The notes beneath the pieces were generated by a model that saw only the letters and a list, made by a program, of their open reading frames with translations, was not told the DNA's origin and did not search any database. Position numbers and translations under genes: made by a program. A stretch of DNA of 64,000 nt from assembly GCA_963791045.1 (NCBI GenBank), contig CAWBQK010000002.1, positions 1 through 64,000 on the forward strand, read 5' to 3'. How positions within the stretch are numbered: the first letter of the stretch is position 1; every line of letters begins with the position of its first letter. Positions 51,973-64,000 of this stretch are shown here, piece after piece. The stretch comes from Candidatus Latescibacterota bacterium. GTDB lineage: Bacteria; Krumholzibacteriota; Krumholzibacteriia; WVZY01.

Positions 51973-54900
51973 TTATACCGTTACGTCTACTTCATTGTCC
52001 GCGGGTGATTCAGCATCTTCGTCCGGCCCCGTCTTCGACGGCACAACCATGTATGCGGCGGGAATTACAACGAGCGTGAGAAGCGTGCTCAGAAAAAGAC
52101 CCGACGCCACGGTGATAGCAAGCGGCGACCGCAGTTCGGCGCCCTCTCCCCAGCTCAGCGCCATCGGCATCAGCGCGAGAATCGTTGTCAATGTCGTCAT
52201 CAAAATCGGCCGCAGCCTCAAGTGGCCCGCGCGAATAACGGCGTCGTACTTGGATACGCCGGCGCGGCGGAGCCTGTTGATTGCATCGATAAGAACGATC
52301 GCGTTATTCACAACGATACCGACAAGCATGATCGTGCCGATGAGAACGATCACCGTGATCGTGGTGCCCGTCGCGAGGAGCCCGGCGATCACACCCACAA
52401 GGGCGAGCGGGATGGTGAACAAAACGATGAAGGGATGGACGAACGACTCGAACGTCGCCGCCATCACGAGATAAACAAGAAAGATCGCCAGCGCCATCGC
52501 GAACCGCAGACTGGCGAACGACGCCTGCATTTCACGGTTCTGGCCGGCGAGTTCAGTTGTAATCCCTGCCGGCGGCGGCGCACTTCGAGCGCGGTGCCGA
52601 TATTATCGATTACCGCTCCGAGGCTTCGCCCCTTCAAATTTGCGGTGATCACGGCGGCGCGCTGCTGCTGGAGCCGGTGAATCTCGGCGGGACCGCGGTC
52701 GAGTTTGACATCGGCGACGGAGAGAAGTCGAATCGGCTGCCCATCGGGACCGGGGAGCACGAGATTTCGGACATCGCCGATGGAACCGCGCGTGATCTCC
52801 TGGTTCCGGATACGCACATCTATCTGGCGGTCTTCCTCCTTGAATCGCGTGGGCACGACGCCCTGAACCCGATTTCTCAGTGTCTCCGAAAGCACGCCCA
52901 TGTCCAGACCCAGCCCGGCGAGTCTGCGCCTGTCAAAGATTACCTGTATTTCGGGGTTCCCCGCTTCGAGCGACGAACGCACGTCGACAAGCCCAGGGAC
53001 CGTAGACAATTCTTGTGCGAGTTCGAGCGAGTAGGCTCGAAGCTCTTCGAGACTTTCGCCGTAGATGACTATCTCGACGGGCGTTTTCAAGCTGAAGTAA
53101 GAGGGCCGTCCAAATTTGACGTCGAGATCGGGAATCGACTCGTACTGCTGGCGAAGACCGACAGTGGTGGCCGTTTCGCCGGCCTGGTCACCGCGTTTTT
53201 TCATGGCGATATTGAGCTGTCCGAGATTCTCCGCTTTTGTATTGAGAGACATTCCACCGGCTATAAGCCGGCTTCCAACGGTCGCGTAATAGTAATCGAT
53301 TTCGTCATCGCCCGATGCGGCCTGCTCCATGGTGGTGATCACGCGGTCGGTCGCGGCAAGCGATGTTCCCTCGGGCATGTTGACTTCAAAATAGAATTCA
53401 CCCTCGCTCAATTGTGGAATCAACTCGGTCCCAATAAACCGGAGTGAAAACAGGGCGGCAAAAAATAGCGCGAACGCCACGGTGAGCGTCGCCCAGCGTA
53501 CACGGATTGCCCCACGGACAAAGCGGTCGTACGCCCGCGAGAACCACCCAAGCGTCATCTTCGCCTCGGTGTCTATAAGGGTCTTGCTGGACATCCCGCT
53601 CATTACTTGCCGCCGATCGCGCTGAGCATCGGGATCATCGTGATGGCCACCACGAGCGACGCGAGCAGACTTATCGTCACCGTCCACGCCTGGTCCTTGA
53701 ACAGCTGCCCCGCGATTCCCTCGACAAAAACGATCGGGAGAAACACGGCCACAGTGGTGAGCGTCGAGGCCACGACGGCGGGGCCCACCTCCGTCGTTCC
53801 GTCGACGGCGGCCGGCACGAGAGCCTCGCCCTTTGCCTTTTTGCGAAAGATCGATTCGAGCACTACGATCGAGTTATCGACGAGCATCCCAATTCCAAGC
53901 GTCAAGCCCCCGAGCGACATGATGTTGAGCGAGATGTCCATCCGATACATTACGAGGAATGTCGCGATCACGGAGAGTGGGATCGACGTGGCGATAATAA
54001 GCGTGCTTCGCAGATCTTTGAGGAAAGCAAACAACACCAGAATGGCGAGAAGCCCGCCAATGAGCGCGGCATTGCGAACTTCGCCGATCGCCTGCTCGAT
54101 AAAATGAGACTGGTCGAACATCACCGTCATCGTGTACCCGGGCGGGAGCTTTTCCTTCCATTCCTCGATCCGCTCCTGAATGAGCCGGGCAACGGTCACG
54201 GTGTTGGCATCACCCTCTTTGTAGAGCGCTACTTCGATACATTCCTTGCCGTTTACGCGCGAAATCTCCTCGCGTTCCTTGGTCCCCATCTGAACCGTGG
54301 CGACATCATTCAAAAGAACGAGACCGTCATCGCTCTGATAGATGATGAGCTCGCCGATCTCCTCGACACTGTCGAATTCGTTGACCGTTCTTATGAGAAA
54401 TTGGCTGTTCTCGCCGCGGAGCGCGCCCCCCGGGAGGTTGACGTTCGACACACCCACGACCTGCTGGATGCGGTCGATCGGTATCCCAAGCGCGGCGAGC
54501 CGCTCCTGGTCGACATTTATCTGCACCTCATCCTCAAGCCCGCCCTTTATCTGCGCGGCGGCAACACCAAGAATGGTTTCGAACTCAGGTTTGATCTTTT
54601 TTTCGGCGAGCCGTCGCATCTCGACCAGATCGTCAGATCCGGAAATGGCGAGCCGCACGATGGGATCGAGAGACGGATCGTAGCGCAGAACGATCGGATC
54701 ATCCGCTTCTTCGGGAAGAAGCAGGCGGTCGATCTTTTCACGGACCTCCATGGAAAGCATGTCCATGTCGGACTTCCAGTCGAACTCGAGCGTGACTTCG
54801 GACACTCCCGGCCGCGACACCGAGTGAATCGTCTGAAGCCCGCGCAGAACCCCAACGGCCTCTTCAACCGGGCGCGTGACGAGATACTCCACTTCTTGCG

Positions 54901-55072
54901 GAGCGGTGTCGGGAAAGTCGGTCTGAACCGTGAGAGACGGATATGTGATGTTTGGAAAAAGTTCGAGCGCGAGCCGCTTGTATCCCACGAATCCAAAAGC
55001 GGCTACCGCGAGGGCAAACATGATGACACTCACCCGGCGGCGCACTGCAAGCGCGACAAATGAGCGCATCAA
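51973..55072 (-). CDS. RND efflux permease (second subunit), frameshifted
   Basis: GMLVDNSIVV, GIVVNNAI, RLRPILMT across three ORF pieces. Confidence 0.9.
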
Positions 55073-56304
55073 GAACCTTCTTTTTTCGCGTGTTCGGCGC
55101 TTGTGGTGTCGGGCGCCGGGCTGGCAACGGGCGCGTCACCAAGAATTTTTATCGGCGAGCCGTGTTTGAGCGAGCGCTGCCCCTTGACGATGATCGGTTC
55201 TCCGTCCGATACGCCGTCGAGGATTTCGGCGTACGCATCGTCTTCAAAACCAACTTCGACCACGCGGCGTTCGGCCGTGCTGTCCGCCGCGACATAAACG
55301 ATCTGATCACCGCGGTCCGTGAAGACAGCTGTTTTTGGAATCAGCGTCCGGCCCTCGCGCCGTTCGGTCACAATGCTTACCTCGGCGAAATCACCGGGGC
55401 GTGTGTTCTTCGGATATTCGACTATTTCAATGGTGACCTTGATCGTCCCGCTACTTGGGTCGATAATCGGGCTCACAAGTTTGATCCGGCCCTGGAGACG
55501 ATCTTTGTTGCTGTCGAGAAGAAGCTGGACCGGTTGATCGGGTTTGAGTTTTTTGAATTCTTTTGAGGGAACGTGAACAATGGCAAGAAGCGGGTTGAAA
55601 TCGGACACAACAAAAAGGGATGTCCCCGCGCTGACATTCTGTCCGACATCGACAAGACGGCGGACGACGGCGCCGGTGAACGGCGCGCGAATCACCGTGT
55701 GGGACAGGTCAAGTCGCGCCAGATCCTCGGCCGCTTCGGCGGCGGCCAACTCGTTCTTGGCCGCTTCGAATTCCTCGGCCGATACCAGCTGTTGTTCGAA
55801 CATTCCGTCGAGACGGCTGTAGCGGTCTTTGAGGCTCGCCGTATTTGCCTCAGCCTGCCGCAAGCGATACTGGAACTCGCTCCCCTCGATCCGGAGCAGG
55901 ACGTCTCCCCTGGTCACCAGGTCGCCTTCTTCACACTCAAGCGCGTCGACCACACCGGTGACACGGGCGAGCATCTCGGCCTCTTTCTCGGGGGCCAATG
56001 TCGCCGTAGCGGTATAATAGCTTGAAATTGAACCAAGTTGCGCCATTTCAACTGCCACGGGAACAGGGGGTTGGCTGGGGCCCTTACCCGGGCCGCCACC
56101 GTTACCAGCGTGCTGTCCGCCTCCCGGACCGCCATTTTGATTGCCGCACCCCGTCACCGAACCCGCGACGAGAACCGCAAGAGTGGCGACCGCCAGGAGT
56201 CGTCCCGGCCGAGCTAAAACCTTATATAATGAGAATCTCGCCGGCCGGCGGCTGTGGGGCGTGCCAAACTCGCCGGGCGCTGAGTGCAAATCGTTTGAAG
56301 ACAT
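55069..56304 (-). CDS. RND periplasmic adaptor (MFP)
   Basis: Lipobox, IRAPFTG, lipoyl/hairpin pattern; overlaps the permease start. Confidence 0.9.
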   Translation of the reverse strand: MSSNDLHSAPGEFGTPHSRRPARFSLYKVLARPGRLLAVATLAVLVAGSVTGCGNQNGGPGGGQHAGNGGGPGKGPSQPPVPVAVEMAQLGSISSYYTATATLAPEKEAEMLARVTGVVDALECEEGDLVTRGDVLLRIEGSEFQYRLRQAEANTASLKDRYSRLDGMFEQQLVSAEEFEAAKNELAAAEAAEDLARLDLSHTVIRAPFTGAVVRRLVDVGQNVSAGTSLFVVSDFNPLLAIVHVPSKEFKKLKPDQPVQLLLDSNKDRLQGRIKLVSPIIDPSSGTIKVTIEIVEYPKNTRPGDFAEVSIVTERREGRTLIPKTAVFTDRGDQIVYVAADSTAERRVVEVGFEDDAYAEILDGVSDGEPIIVKGQRSLKHGSPIKILGDAPVASPAPDTTSAEHAKKEGS

Positions 56305-56606
56305 GGCCTTGCAACCTTCTGTGGATAATTATGGGTTGGGTTCAGCTGAATGGCTGATCGCTGCGCCGAGAGGCATGTCCGGGTCATCTCGGCCGGCGAT
56401 CCGCCTGTTGATTTTTAGTACGGAAATACCCCGCTGCTGGTTCCTAATAATATGTAAATACACCACATAAAATGCAAACGTGAACTCGCGGCGCTGCCGA
56501 GGCATTGATAGCGCGGGTGGCATCGATGGGGCCCCCGACGCGAACGGAGCGTCAGCGAGTACGCGCGGGGTGATCGATGACAGGACCCGCGCCCTAGCAG
56601 TGCCGA

Positions 56607-58073
56607 TCAGTCGCTCCGGAGCGCGACCACGGGGTCGACGCGCGCCGCCCGATATGCGGGATAGAGACCGGCAAGCAGACTCACGAGAATACCAAACCCG
56701 AGCGCGAGAAAAATCAGCCATACGGGGAGAGCGAACGGATCGAATACCGGCATTTCTTCACGCTGCATGAATATTTTGAGTACCGCGGCAACAATCTTCG
56801 TCCCCACCCATCCAAACAATATGCCCACCGCGGCGCCCAGTGCACCGATCACACCCGACTCGACGAGAAAGACGAGGCGGATCTCGCGTTCGCCCGCACC
56901 CAGTGATTTCAAGATACCGATTTCGCGGCGGCGCTCCGTGATCGACATCACCATTGTGTTGACGATTCCCAGCGCGGCGGTAAAAAGCGCGATCACGCCA
57001 AGGACGCCGAGACCAACGTAGTAGTACACAAAGAACCTCTGGATCTCTTTCAAGTTCTCCGCAAAGCTGAACGCCCTGTAGCCAAGCGCTTCGACCGAGT
57101 CCGTAACCGTCTCGTGCGACGCGGTCGCTTCCAGGTCGAGCGTCACCCGCCGGTAGCCCCGGCTATCGTCCGTTCCGCCCGGCTGAAAGAGATTTCCGTC
57201 CTGGAGGGCGGTGAGAAGATCCGCCGGATCGCTCGACAGCCCGATCCCCGCGGATCCGAACCGGCGGGCCGTTTCTTCGGGGACGACAATCGGCGCCACT
57301 GCGATCGCGTACTCCTTGAGTTCGTCGCCGACGGCAATGATTGTGAGCGTATCGGCCACGGTCATCTGCCGCGTCATGAGCGCCTCGAAGAAACGAGACA
57401 TGCGGCCGCTGAGTTCGCTACGAACCATCCTCTCCTGATAAGATCTGTCGTGGAGCGAGTCCATGCGGACCATCCGCATAAGTGTAGCCAGCTCGGTTTC
57501 CGGATTGCCGACCGCGCCGGCGATGGCGCTGTCCAAACTCGCCACACGCGTCGTCAACACCATTTCCCTTCCGATAAGCGAGTCGGGGTCGTCGATGCCG
57601 ATCTCCTCGAGAAAACGCGGTGTGAGAATCGCCTCTTTCGCGTCCGCCGCCGAGAAAACAGCGCCGCCCAGAAGCAGTGAAAACGGTTTGATCTTCATCG
57701 CGTCGATCGAGAGCGCCCTCGCGCTAACCGTCACCTGGGTGTCGGCAACCGCGGCGGTCACATCGAAGTCTACATACGGGTAAGCGAACCTTACACCAGG
57801 TATCTCGGTGAGTATCGAGAGCGCGCGCCGGTCAAGTGCCGCCGTTTTTGTGGAATCAGTATCGTCGCCATCTTTGGGATAGACATTTACGCGCGTGAGA
57901 AAACCGAGTTCGTTGTACGCGCCGGTCACCCATTTCTGGTTGCCCGCGGCGAAGGAGAGCATCGCCACAAAGGTCGCGATGGCGATGACGACCCCCGCAA
58001 TGGTCAGCGTCGCCCTTAGCTTGATCCGCCAAAGGCTCCCGATTGACAAGTCTATAAGATCACGAAAGTTCAT
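56607..58073 (-). CDS. ABC transporter permease (MacB/FtsX-like)
   Basis: GIVNTM..ERRREIGILKSLGA; PAYRAARVDPV.ALR. Confidence 0.92.
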   Translation of the reverse strand: MNFRDLIDLSIGSLWRIKLRATLTIAGVVIAIATFVAMLSFAAGNQKWVTGAYNELGFLTRVNVYPKDGDDTDSTKTAALDRRALSILTEIPGVRFAYPYVDFDVTAAVADTQVTVSARALSIDAMKIKPFSLLLGGAVFSAADAKEAILTPRFLEEIGIDDPDSLIGREMVLTTRVASLDSAIAGAVGNPETELATLMRMVRMDSLHDRSYQERMVRSELSGRMSRFFEALMTRQMTVADTLTIIAVGDELKEYAIAVAPIVVPEETARRFGSAGIGLSSDPADLLTALQDGNLFQPGGTDDSRGYRRVTLDLEATASHETVTDSVEALGYRAFSFAENLKEIQRFFVYYYVGLGVLGVIALFTAALGIVNTMVMSITERRREIGILKSLGAGEREIRLVFLVESGVIGALGAAVGILFGWVGTKIVAAVLKIFMQREEMPVFDPFALPVWLIFLALGFGILVSLLAGLYPAYRAARVDPVVALRSD

Positions 58074-58105
58074 TTACGTTTTCCGTTGCGTATCCGCGCG
58101 ACCGA

Positions 58106-58780
58106 TCAATCAACGATCTCGCCGTAGTGCATTCGTATGGTGCGCTGCGCGATACGGTTCGACATCTCCGTATCGTGGGTCACCATGACGACCGTCAGGC
58201 CGTCGCTGTGAAGCTCCGATAGTAAACCGGCGATCGAACGCGAGTTCTCTTCGTCGAGGTTCCCGGTTGGTTCGTCCGCAAAAATAATTTCGGGCTGTTT
58301 GACCAGTGCACGCGCGATGGCGACACGCTGCTGCTCGCCCCCCGACAGGTCGACCGGCCGGTGCGTCATTCTGTCGCCCAGGCCCAGGCGTTCCATAATT
58401 GCCGTCGCGCGTTTTCGCCTTTCACGCCGCGGCGTGCCGTTGAAATAAAGCGCCATCTCGACGTTGCGCAGTGCCGACTGATTCGTGAGAAGATTGAACG
58501 ATTGAAAAATCATCCCGACTTTTGTCGCGCGGTAAACCGACAGTTCTTTGCTCGATAGTTTATCCAGCCGGTCGCCGTCGATCTCAATAAATCCTCCCGT
58601 CGGCGTATCAAGCCCGGCGAGAAGATTGAGCAGGGTCGACTTCCCCGATCCCGAAGAACCCACCACACCGATAAATTCGCCCTTATCTATAGACACGCTT
58701 ACACGGTCCACGGCGCGCACTTCGTGGCGTGCGCGCTGGTAGTACCGGCAAAGATCCGTCGTCTGGATCCACGGACTCAT
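58106..58780 (-). CDS. ABC transporter ATP-binding protein (MacB/LolD-like)
   Basis: [25 protein letters not shown]. Confidence 0.95.
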   Translation of the reverse strand: MSPWIQTTDLCRYYQRARHEVRAVDRVSVSIDKGEFIGVVGSSGSGKSTLLNLLAGLDTPTGGFIEIDGDRLDKLSSKELSVYRATKVGMIFQSFNLLTNQSALRNVEMALYFNGTPRRERRKRATAIMERLGLGDRMTHRPVDLSGGEQQRVAIARALVKQPEIIFADEPTGNLDEENSRSIAGLLSELHSDGLTVVMVTHDTEMSNRIAQRTIRMHYGEIVD

Positions 58781-59871
58781 TCGCTTATCCGCCCATCTTC
58801 GATCTTGTACACCCTGGCACTCCCGTCATTTCCCCAATCCATCATTACAGGTGTTGTAACAAAAATCTGGTGGCCGTTCTCGAGAACATTCCGGAGCCGC
58901 TCGCTGACTTGTTCGTCAAGTTCAGAGAAGAGGTCGTCGAGAAGCAACACGCATGGTTCGTTGAGTTTTTCCTCCATATACGAAAGCTCCGTCAATCGAA
59001 GCAAAACAGAAACAAGACGCCGTTGCCCTTGCGAACCAAACCGGCGGACATCGTGATCATCCAGAATGATTCTTATATCGTCACGGTGCGGGCCGATAAG
59101 AGTCGTCTTGCGCCGCGATTCTTCTTCCTCTAAGTCTACGAGTCTCGCCGTGAAATGTTCCTCACGAGCAACACCTTCCGGAATGTTTTCGACGAGATCC
59201 GATTCGTAGCGAACATCGATATTGTATCCGAGATCGAGTTCCAGAACGTGTTGTTTTAAATGATCGAACAGCGCCTGGACAAGATCGATTCTCTTGGCTA
59301 TTAACGCGCACCCGCGCGTAACCAATTCCTCGTCCCATACGCGCCGCGAAGACCGTGACCCGCGCGATTTCAAAAGAGCATTCCTCTGCGTGAGCACACG
59401 CCGGTACAAGCGAAGATCATCGAGGTATATCCTGTCCGTCATGCTCCCCGTCATATCCAGGAAGCGGCGGCGCTCGGTGGGAGCGCCAGACGACAGCGCC
59501 AGGTCATGGGGACCAAAAAGAACACACGGGTAGCGTCCAACAAGGTCGGAGAGTTTAGGAAGTTCCTTCTCGGCTACTTTAACACGCTTGTCGCCCCGGC
59601 GTTCGATGGACATGCGCGAACGACGTCATCACCACCCGCTGCAATATTCAACGGATATTTCGACTCGGGAAAAAGCCTCTTCGAATTTTATAAGGTCGTT
59701 ATCACGGCTGGTTCGAAACGAGCGGCCAAATTTAAAAAGCGAGAGTGCTTCGAGGATGTTTGTTTTACCCTGGCCATTATCTCCGACAAAGAGATTAACC
59801 CCGGCCGAAAATGACACCGGTTCGTGAACGAGGTTTCTGAAATGAGTGGTGGATGGCCGTGTTATGTGCAA
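58777..59871 (-). CDS. recF: DNA replication/repair protein RecF, frameshifted
   Basis: GDNGQGKTNILEA, ERRRFLD, GPHRDD, SQGQ, LLDD. Confidence 0.93.
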
Positions 59872-59895
59872 AGGAATGGATGACCCTTTACCAGA

Positions 59896-61014
59896 TCAGT
59901 CGTTGAGCCTCAGCGGCATCAACAAACAGTGGTACTGGAGATCCTCCACGTCTCCAACCGGGGAGAAGCATTCCGGCATTGTCACTCCTGTCGAGCAGGA
60001 AAGTCACATCGTCGGTTTCCATTGTTTTCAGAATATCAAGCAGATACCGAGCGTTGTAACCGATATCCATCGGATCATGCGCGAACGCGCAGTGGACCTC
60101 TTCAACCGCCTCGCCGACATCCGGTGTGTTGACGCTTATCGTCATTGCGTCCTTGCCAACAGCGAGCTTTACCTGGTGTGTGATGACACTCGAGAGAATC
60201 GCGACTCGTTTGCACGCGTCCGTGAACTCTTCTCTGTTAACAACAAGTTCTTTCTCGTTGCTCTTGGGTATCACCTGTGTGTAGTCGGGGAAACGGACCC
60301 TCAAGAAGACGCGAGTAAATAATACTGTCTTCGAGATCAAATGTGACATGGTTCTCAGCGAATACAATCTTGACTTGTTCTTTGTTATCGATAAGAGACT
60401 TTAAAAGATTGAGCGCCTTTGGCGACACAATGAAATCTTTACCTTCCACGTTGCCGTAATCCGCCTGTGCGAATAACTCGCGATAATCTGTGGCCGTCCG
60501 TCGCCACCATCGTCAATGTATCCTTGGCAACGACCCACAACACGCCGCAAAGCGCCGGCCGAGTTAGATCGTTGGATACCGCATAGATGGTCTTAGAGAT
60601 CATATCGTTTATCACCGGTGTGTCGATGGAAATAGTCGCGATCGATTTTTGCTCAGGAAGTTTTGGAAACTCATCCGCCGCTTTCCCTACCATCCGGAAA
60701 CGACTCTTGCGACACTTGACCGAAACCTTATCGCCTTCGACTTTGATTTCTACTTTGTCATCGGGAAGCGAGCGCACGATTTCAAAAAACTTTTTACCAG
60801 GGACCGCAACCTTTCCTTCGACTTCAACATCGCAATCAAGAATGGTTGTTAGTGATACATCAAGATCATTCGCGGTTAAATACACCTTTCCCTTTTTTGC
60901 TTCCATCAAAAAGGTTGAAAGAATAGGGAGCGATGTTTTTGTAGGAACGACTGACGCGATGCCCTGAATCTTTTTGGTCAGTAGCTTTTGATCCACTGAA
61001 ACCTTCACAACCAA
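59896..61014 (-). CDS. dnaN: DNA polymerase III beta clamp, frameshifted
   Basis: LPILS, ATDGHRL, SRLLEG-FPDY, ends LLMPLRLND. Confidence 0.95.
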
Positions 61015-61157
61015 ACCTCCTGAATTTCCGATGATTAAATTTCAATTTTGAGACGTCAGAGAACTATAAAGGAACTTCGGTCTGCTTTCAACCCCTCGAA
61101 AAAGCCATCGAGAAAGGCTCTCGCGTGGAGGGAAAGAGGGCTAAGAGTTCTGCTTCT

Positions 61158-61350
61158 GTTTAATAAAGAATAATACAGAAGTAGTAGTAGGCACTGTTGA
61201 TATGTTGGTAGATCGCCCTCTTTGTTTTATCACAGCGGGTTCAACCTGTGGAGCGATGTGAAACGTTTGTTTTGTGAATGTCGTTAAGGTTGTTGTTATC
61301 CCCGGGGGTGTCGGTATTAACAAACATTCCACATCACATATCCACGATGG
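61158..61350. other. oriC: oriC unwinding region (dnaA-dnaN intergenic)
   Basis: - strand: TACCAACA-TATCAACA-GTGCC-TACTACTAC-TTCTGTATTATTCTTTATTAAA (DnaA-box-like pair, DnaA-trios, AT cluster); further degenerate boxes. Confidence 0.75.
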
Positions 61351-61359
61351 TTGATAACT

Positions 61360-62719
61360 CTAGGTGAGCTCCTTTCTCAACTGAAGAATCGTGGCCTTCA
61401 ACTGCACGTCGGCGGCCATTTTTTCTTTTATCTTTTGAACCGCGTGAATGACGGTTGTGTGATCACGCCCACCAAAATGCTGTCCGATTTGAGTCAGCGA
61501 ACAACTAGTAAGATCACGCGCGAGATAGATAGCTATCTGTCTCGGATAAGCGTACGCGGCCGTGCGAACCTTTGATTTCATCGCGTCAACAGGGATGCGA
61601 TAGTGATGGGCAGTGACCTTTTGTATGATAGCAATGCTGGTTTTCTTGGGTTGGTGTGTGATGAAGTCTTTAAGGATCTCTTTGGAGGATTCCAAAGTGA
61701 CGTCTTCGTTATACACACTTGCGTGGACCAGCAGCTTCACAAGACTGCCCTCGAGTTCTCGAATGTTGCTCTTAACATTGTCGGCGACAAACTCGAGTAC
61801 CTCGTCGGGAATCGGCCGCTTTTCTTTTTCAACTTTTTTCTTCAAGATCGCAATACGCGTCTCGTAATCCGGGGGTTGAATGTCGGCAATAAGGCCCCAT
61901 TCAAAACGGGACCGCAGACCTTCTTCGAGTGTCGGGATCTCCTTGGGAGGACGATCGCTCGTAAGAACGATTTGCTTTTCGGCGCCGTGAAGCGAGTTGA
62001 AGGTGTGGAAGAATTCTTCCTGGGTACTTTCCTTGTTTGCCAGAAACTGGACGTCGTCGATGAGTAGCACATCGACATTGCGGTATTTCTGACGAAATTC
62101 TTGACTTTTGCCCGTACGAATGGAAGTAATGAGCTCGTTCATGAAGATTTCCGCTGAGCTGTAATGAACCTTGATACCCGGTTTGGCGTCCAGTAGGTAA
62201 TGGCCGATGGCCTGCATAAGATGTGTTTTGCCGAGGCCCACCCCGCCATAAATAAACAGGGGGTTGTAGACCTTGGCCGGTTTTTCGGCAACAGCAACGC
62301 TGGCCGCGTACGGCATCCTGCTGTTGTTGCCCTGGACAAATTCTTCAAACAGGTATTTGGGGTTTAGCGGCTCCCCACCATTCCCGTTCCTTCTCCGTGG
62401 AATCTGCACCACCGGAGGGGCTACCCGCCTCTGTGGAATTTCACCGCCGAACGCCGTTGGTGTGTTTAAAAAACACCGACGGTTCCCGGCCGATCAATTC
62501 CTCGAAGACGTAGCAGACCTTATCCTTGTGGTGTGCCTCAACCCAATCCATGGAGAATTTACTGGGGCATTCGATGGTTACGCTGTCGTCTTCTATCGAC
62601 GACAGGCGCATCGGCTTGAACCAGGTCTCGAGGGTCTGTTTGGTGACCATCGTACTGACTCGCGTCAAGAAGTCCGCCCATATCTGGTCGTAGGTCCCGC
62701 CTGAAGGGTGGATGGACAT
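61360..62719 (-). CDS. dnaA: Chromosomal replication initiator DnaA, frameshifted near 62440
   Basis: TWFKP domain I; YNPLFIYGGVGLGKTHL; DDVQFL; GGRDHTTV. Confidence 0.97.
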
Positions 62720-62858
62720 CGTTGAAGCCCTTTCGTGATTTAAGCGAACCATCGCTGGGGACACTCCTCCGTTGGGCGGTGCCCCGGCCCTCTAACAAAA
62801 TTCCTGTGTCGGGAAAAAAACCCGCCACTCTCGACAAAGCAAGCAGGTTGTTCAGCGC

Positions 62859-63133
62859 TTATCCACAATTGTGGAAAAACAAGCATCCATCTGAAAAACA
62901 ACAAGATACGCCTGGCGGCGCTTTTAAAATCGGCAGGTTGTCCACAATCTGCTCCTGAGATGCGGGATTTCTTGTTGTTGGGATATCGCTTTAATGACTG
63001 AAGAAGACACTCGACTGAGTGAAGGAACGCTACCAAAAAACGCCGGGTGCTTTCAAGGTCAAAATCGAGTTTCCCACAACATTCCCCAAGACGATTGTTA
63101 GTAAATGGTTAGCATTGTATAAATTGTGGATTA
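62859..63133. promoter_or_regulatory. DnaA-box cluster upstream of dnaA
   Basis: TTATCCACA 62859, TGTGGAAAA 62870, TTGTCCACA 62938, TGTGGATTA 63125. Confidence 0.8.
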
Positions 63134-63281
63134 CTTTGTCGTATAAATGCCTTGACTTTACGCCCGTGCCGGGGTAGTTTCTATTGTTTGAGTGACAAAT
63201 ATTTGTTCTCACCCAGACATTAGTCATCCAGTCATCAATTGATACACAAAGAATCGACCGCCGAACGGCCGGAGTATAGCT

Positions 63282-63416
63282 GTGAAAAGGACTTTTCAAC
63301 CAAAATTGCAGAAACGAGCGCGCGTACATGGTTTTCGCGCGAGAATGAGCACGAAAGGCGGCAGGCTCGTCTTGAAGCGTCGCCGCAAGCGAGGCAGAAA
63401 GCGTCTGGCCGTCTAA
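63282..63416 (+). CDS. rpmH: 50S ribosomal protein L34
   Basis: GTG start; [44 protein letters not shown] (absent from the ORF track). Confidence 0.96.
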   Translation: MKRTFQPKLQKRARVHGFRARMSTKGGRLVLKRRRKRGRKRLAV

Positions 63417-63482
63417 AGGCACAGCCGCCGGTTTCCGCCGGTTCGATCACCAGCGGGTGAAACCAGCCGGGGGCAAGGTGGT

Positions 63483-63827
63483 ATGATGTCCCGCAACGTC
63501 CTGCGCAGCTCGTGGCAGTTTCGGCTCGTCTATGAGCGTGGCAGTAAAGCCTATTGCAAATACTCGATTCTTTTTTATCACAAGACGGGTGAAGAAGGCA
63601 TCGGCCCGCAATTTGGGGTCGTCGCCAGCAAGAAGGTTGGCAATGCCGTCGAGCGCAGTCGGGCCAAGAGGTTGCTCCGCGAAGCGCTTCGTTCTACGGA
63701 AAATCGATTGATCGACCGGGATCTTTGGATCGTCGTCGTCGCCAGAAAAAACATACTAACCTGTAAGACGCCGGACGTTCTCGCTGATCTCGAAAATATG
63801 ATGATGGGTGAGGGGCTGGTTCGGTAA
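63483..63827 (+). CDS. rnpA: Ribonuclease P protein component
   Basis: GVVASKKVGNAVERSRAKRLLRE; follows rpmH. Confidence 0.93.
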   Translation: MMSRNVLRSSWQFRLVYERGSKAYCKYSILFYHKTGEEGIGPQFGVVASKKVGNAVERSRAKRLLREALRSTENRLIDRDLWIVVVARKNILTCKTPDVLADLENMMMGEGLVR

Positions 63828-63890
63828 TATGCCTTGCAATTATATTGATATCATATAATTAGATCGAATTCTAATAAGGCGAACATTGTA

Positions 63891-64000
63891 ATGAAGCGTA
63901 TATTGAGCGCACCACTAATCGCTGCCATCGGCGCGTATCAGAAGCTCATTTCCCCGTTTCTCCCCAGGAGCTGCCGGTTCTATCCGAGCTGTTCCACTTA
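63891..64000 (+). CDS. yidD: Membrane protein insertion efficiency factor (partial)
   Basis: YQKLISPFLPRSCRFYPSCS; truncated by the window edge. Confidence 0.9.
   Translation, partial: MKRILSAPLIAAIGAYQKLISPFLPRSCRFYPSCST

Noticed and set aside
1-64000. Many frameshifted genes as pseudogenes or programmed frameshifts
   Set aside because: dnaA, dnaN and recF are also broken, so uncorrected sequencing indels are the simplest explanation
1-64000. tRNA, rRNA, integrase, transposase or prophage genes
   Set aside because: None recognised by eye; a covariance-model scan would be needed to exclude small RNAs

Overview
Bacterial chromosomal window ending at the replication origin (recF-dnaN-oriC-dnaA / rpmH-rnpA-yidD). 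Secreted proteins with FlgD-Ig C-terminal domains and a C-terminal 'VESKRWGNIKNIY' motif suggest a Krumholzibacteriota/Latescibacterota/Eisenbacteria-like lineage (inference). Essential genes (dnaA, dnaN) and recF are frameshifted, so the sequence has uncorrected indel errors and broken ORFs should not be read as pseudogenes. 1-12.75 kb is an integron cassette array with four co-oriented attC sites and no integrase in the window. It holds the end of a type I restriction (hsdR) unit, a HEPN-motif cassette, a PIN cassette and what appears to be a single ~7.6 kb cassette carrying a whole biosynthetic operon (HemN-like radical SAM, DinB, methyltransferase, glycosyltransferase, HEAT/PLP-decarboxylase, PaaK-like ligase). 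Next come a stand-alone dnaE2 and a ~310 nt candidate structured ncRNA with its own promoter and terminator. These are followed by secreted FlgD-Ig proteins and five tandem 14-blade YCF48/BNR beta-propeller lipoproteins with a constant frame and variable loops. The rest is a mixed accessory region: NiSOD, a UGA-readthrough selenoprotein oxidoreductase, mobile mystery proteins A/B with a triple operator, an RdhA-like protein, and RND and ABC transporters.
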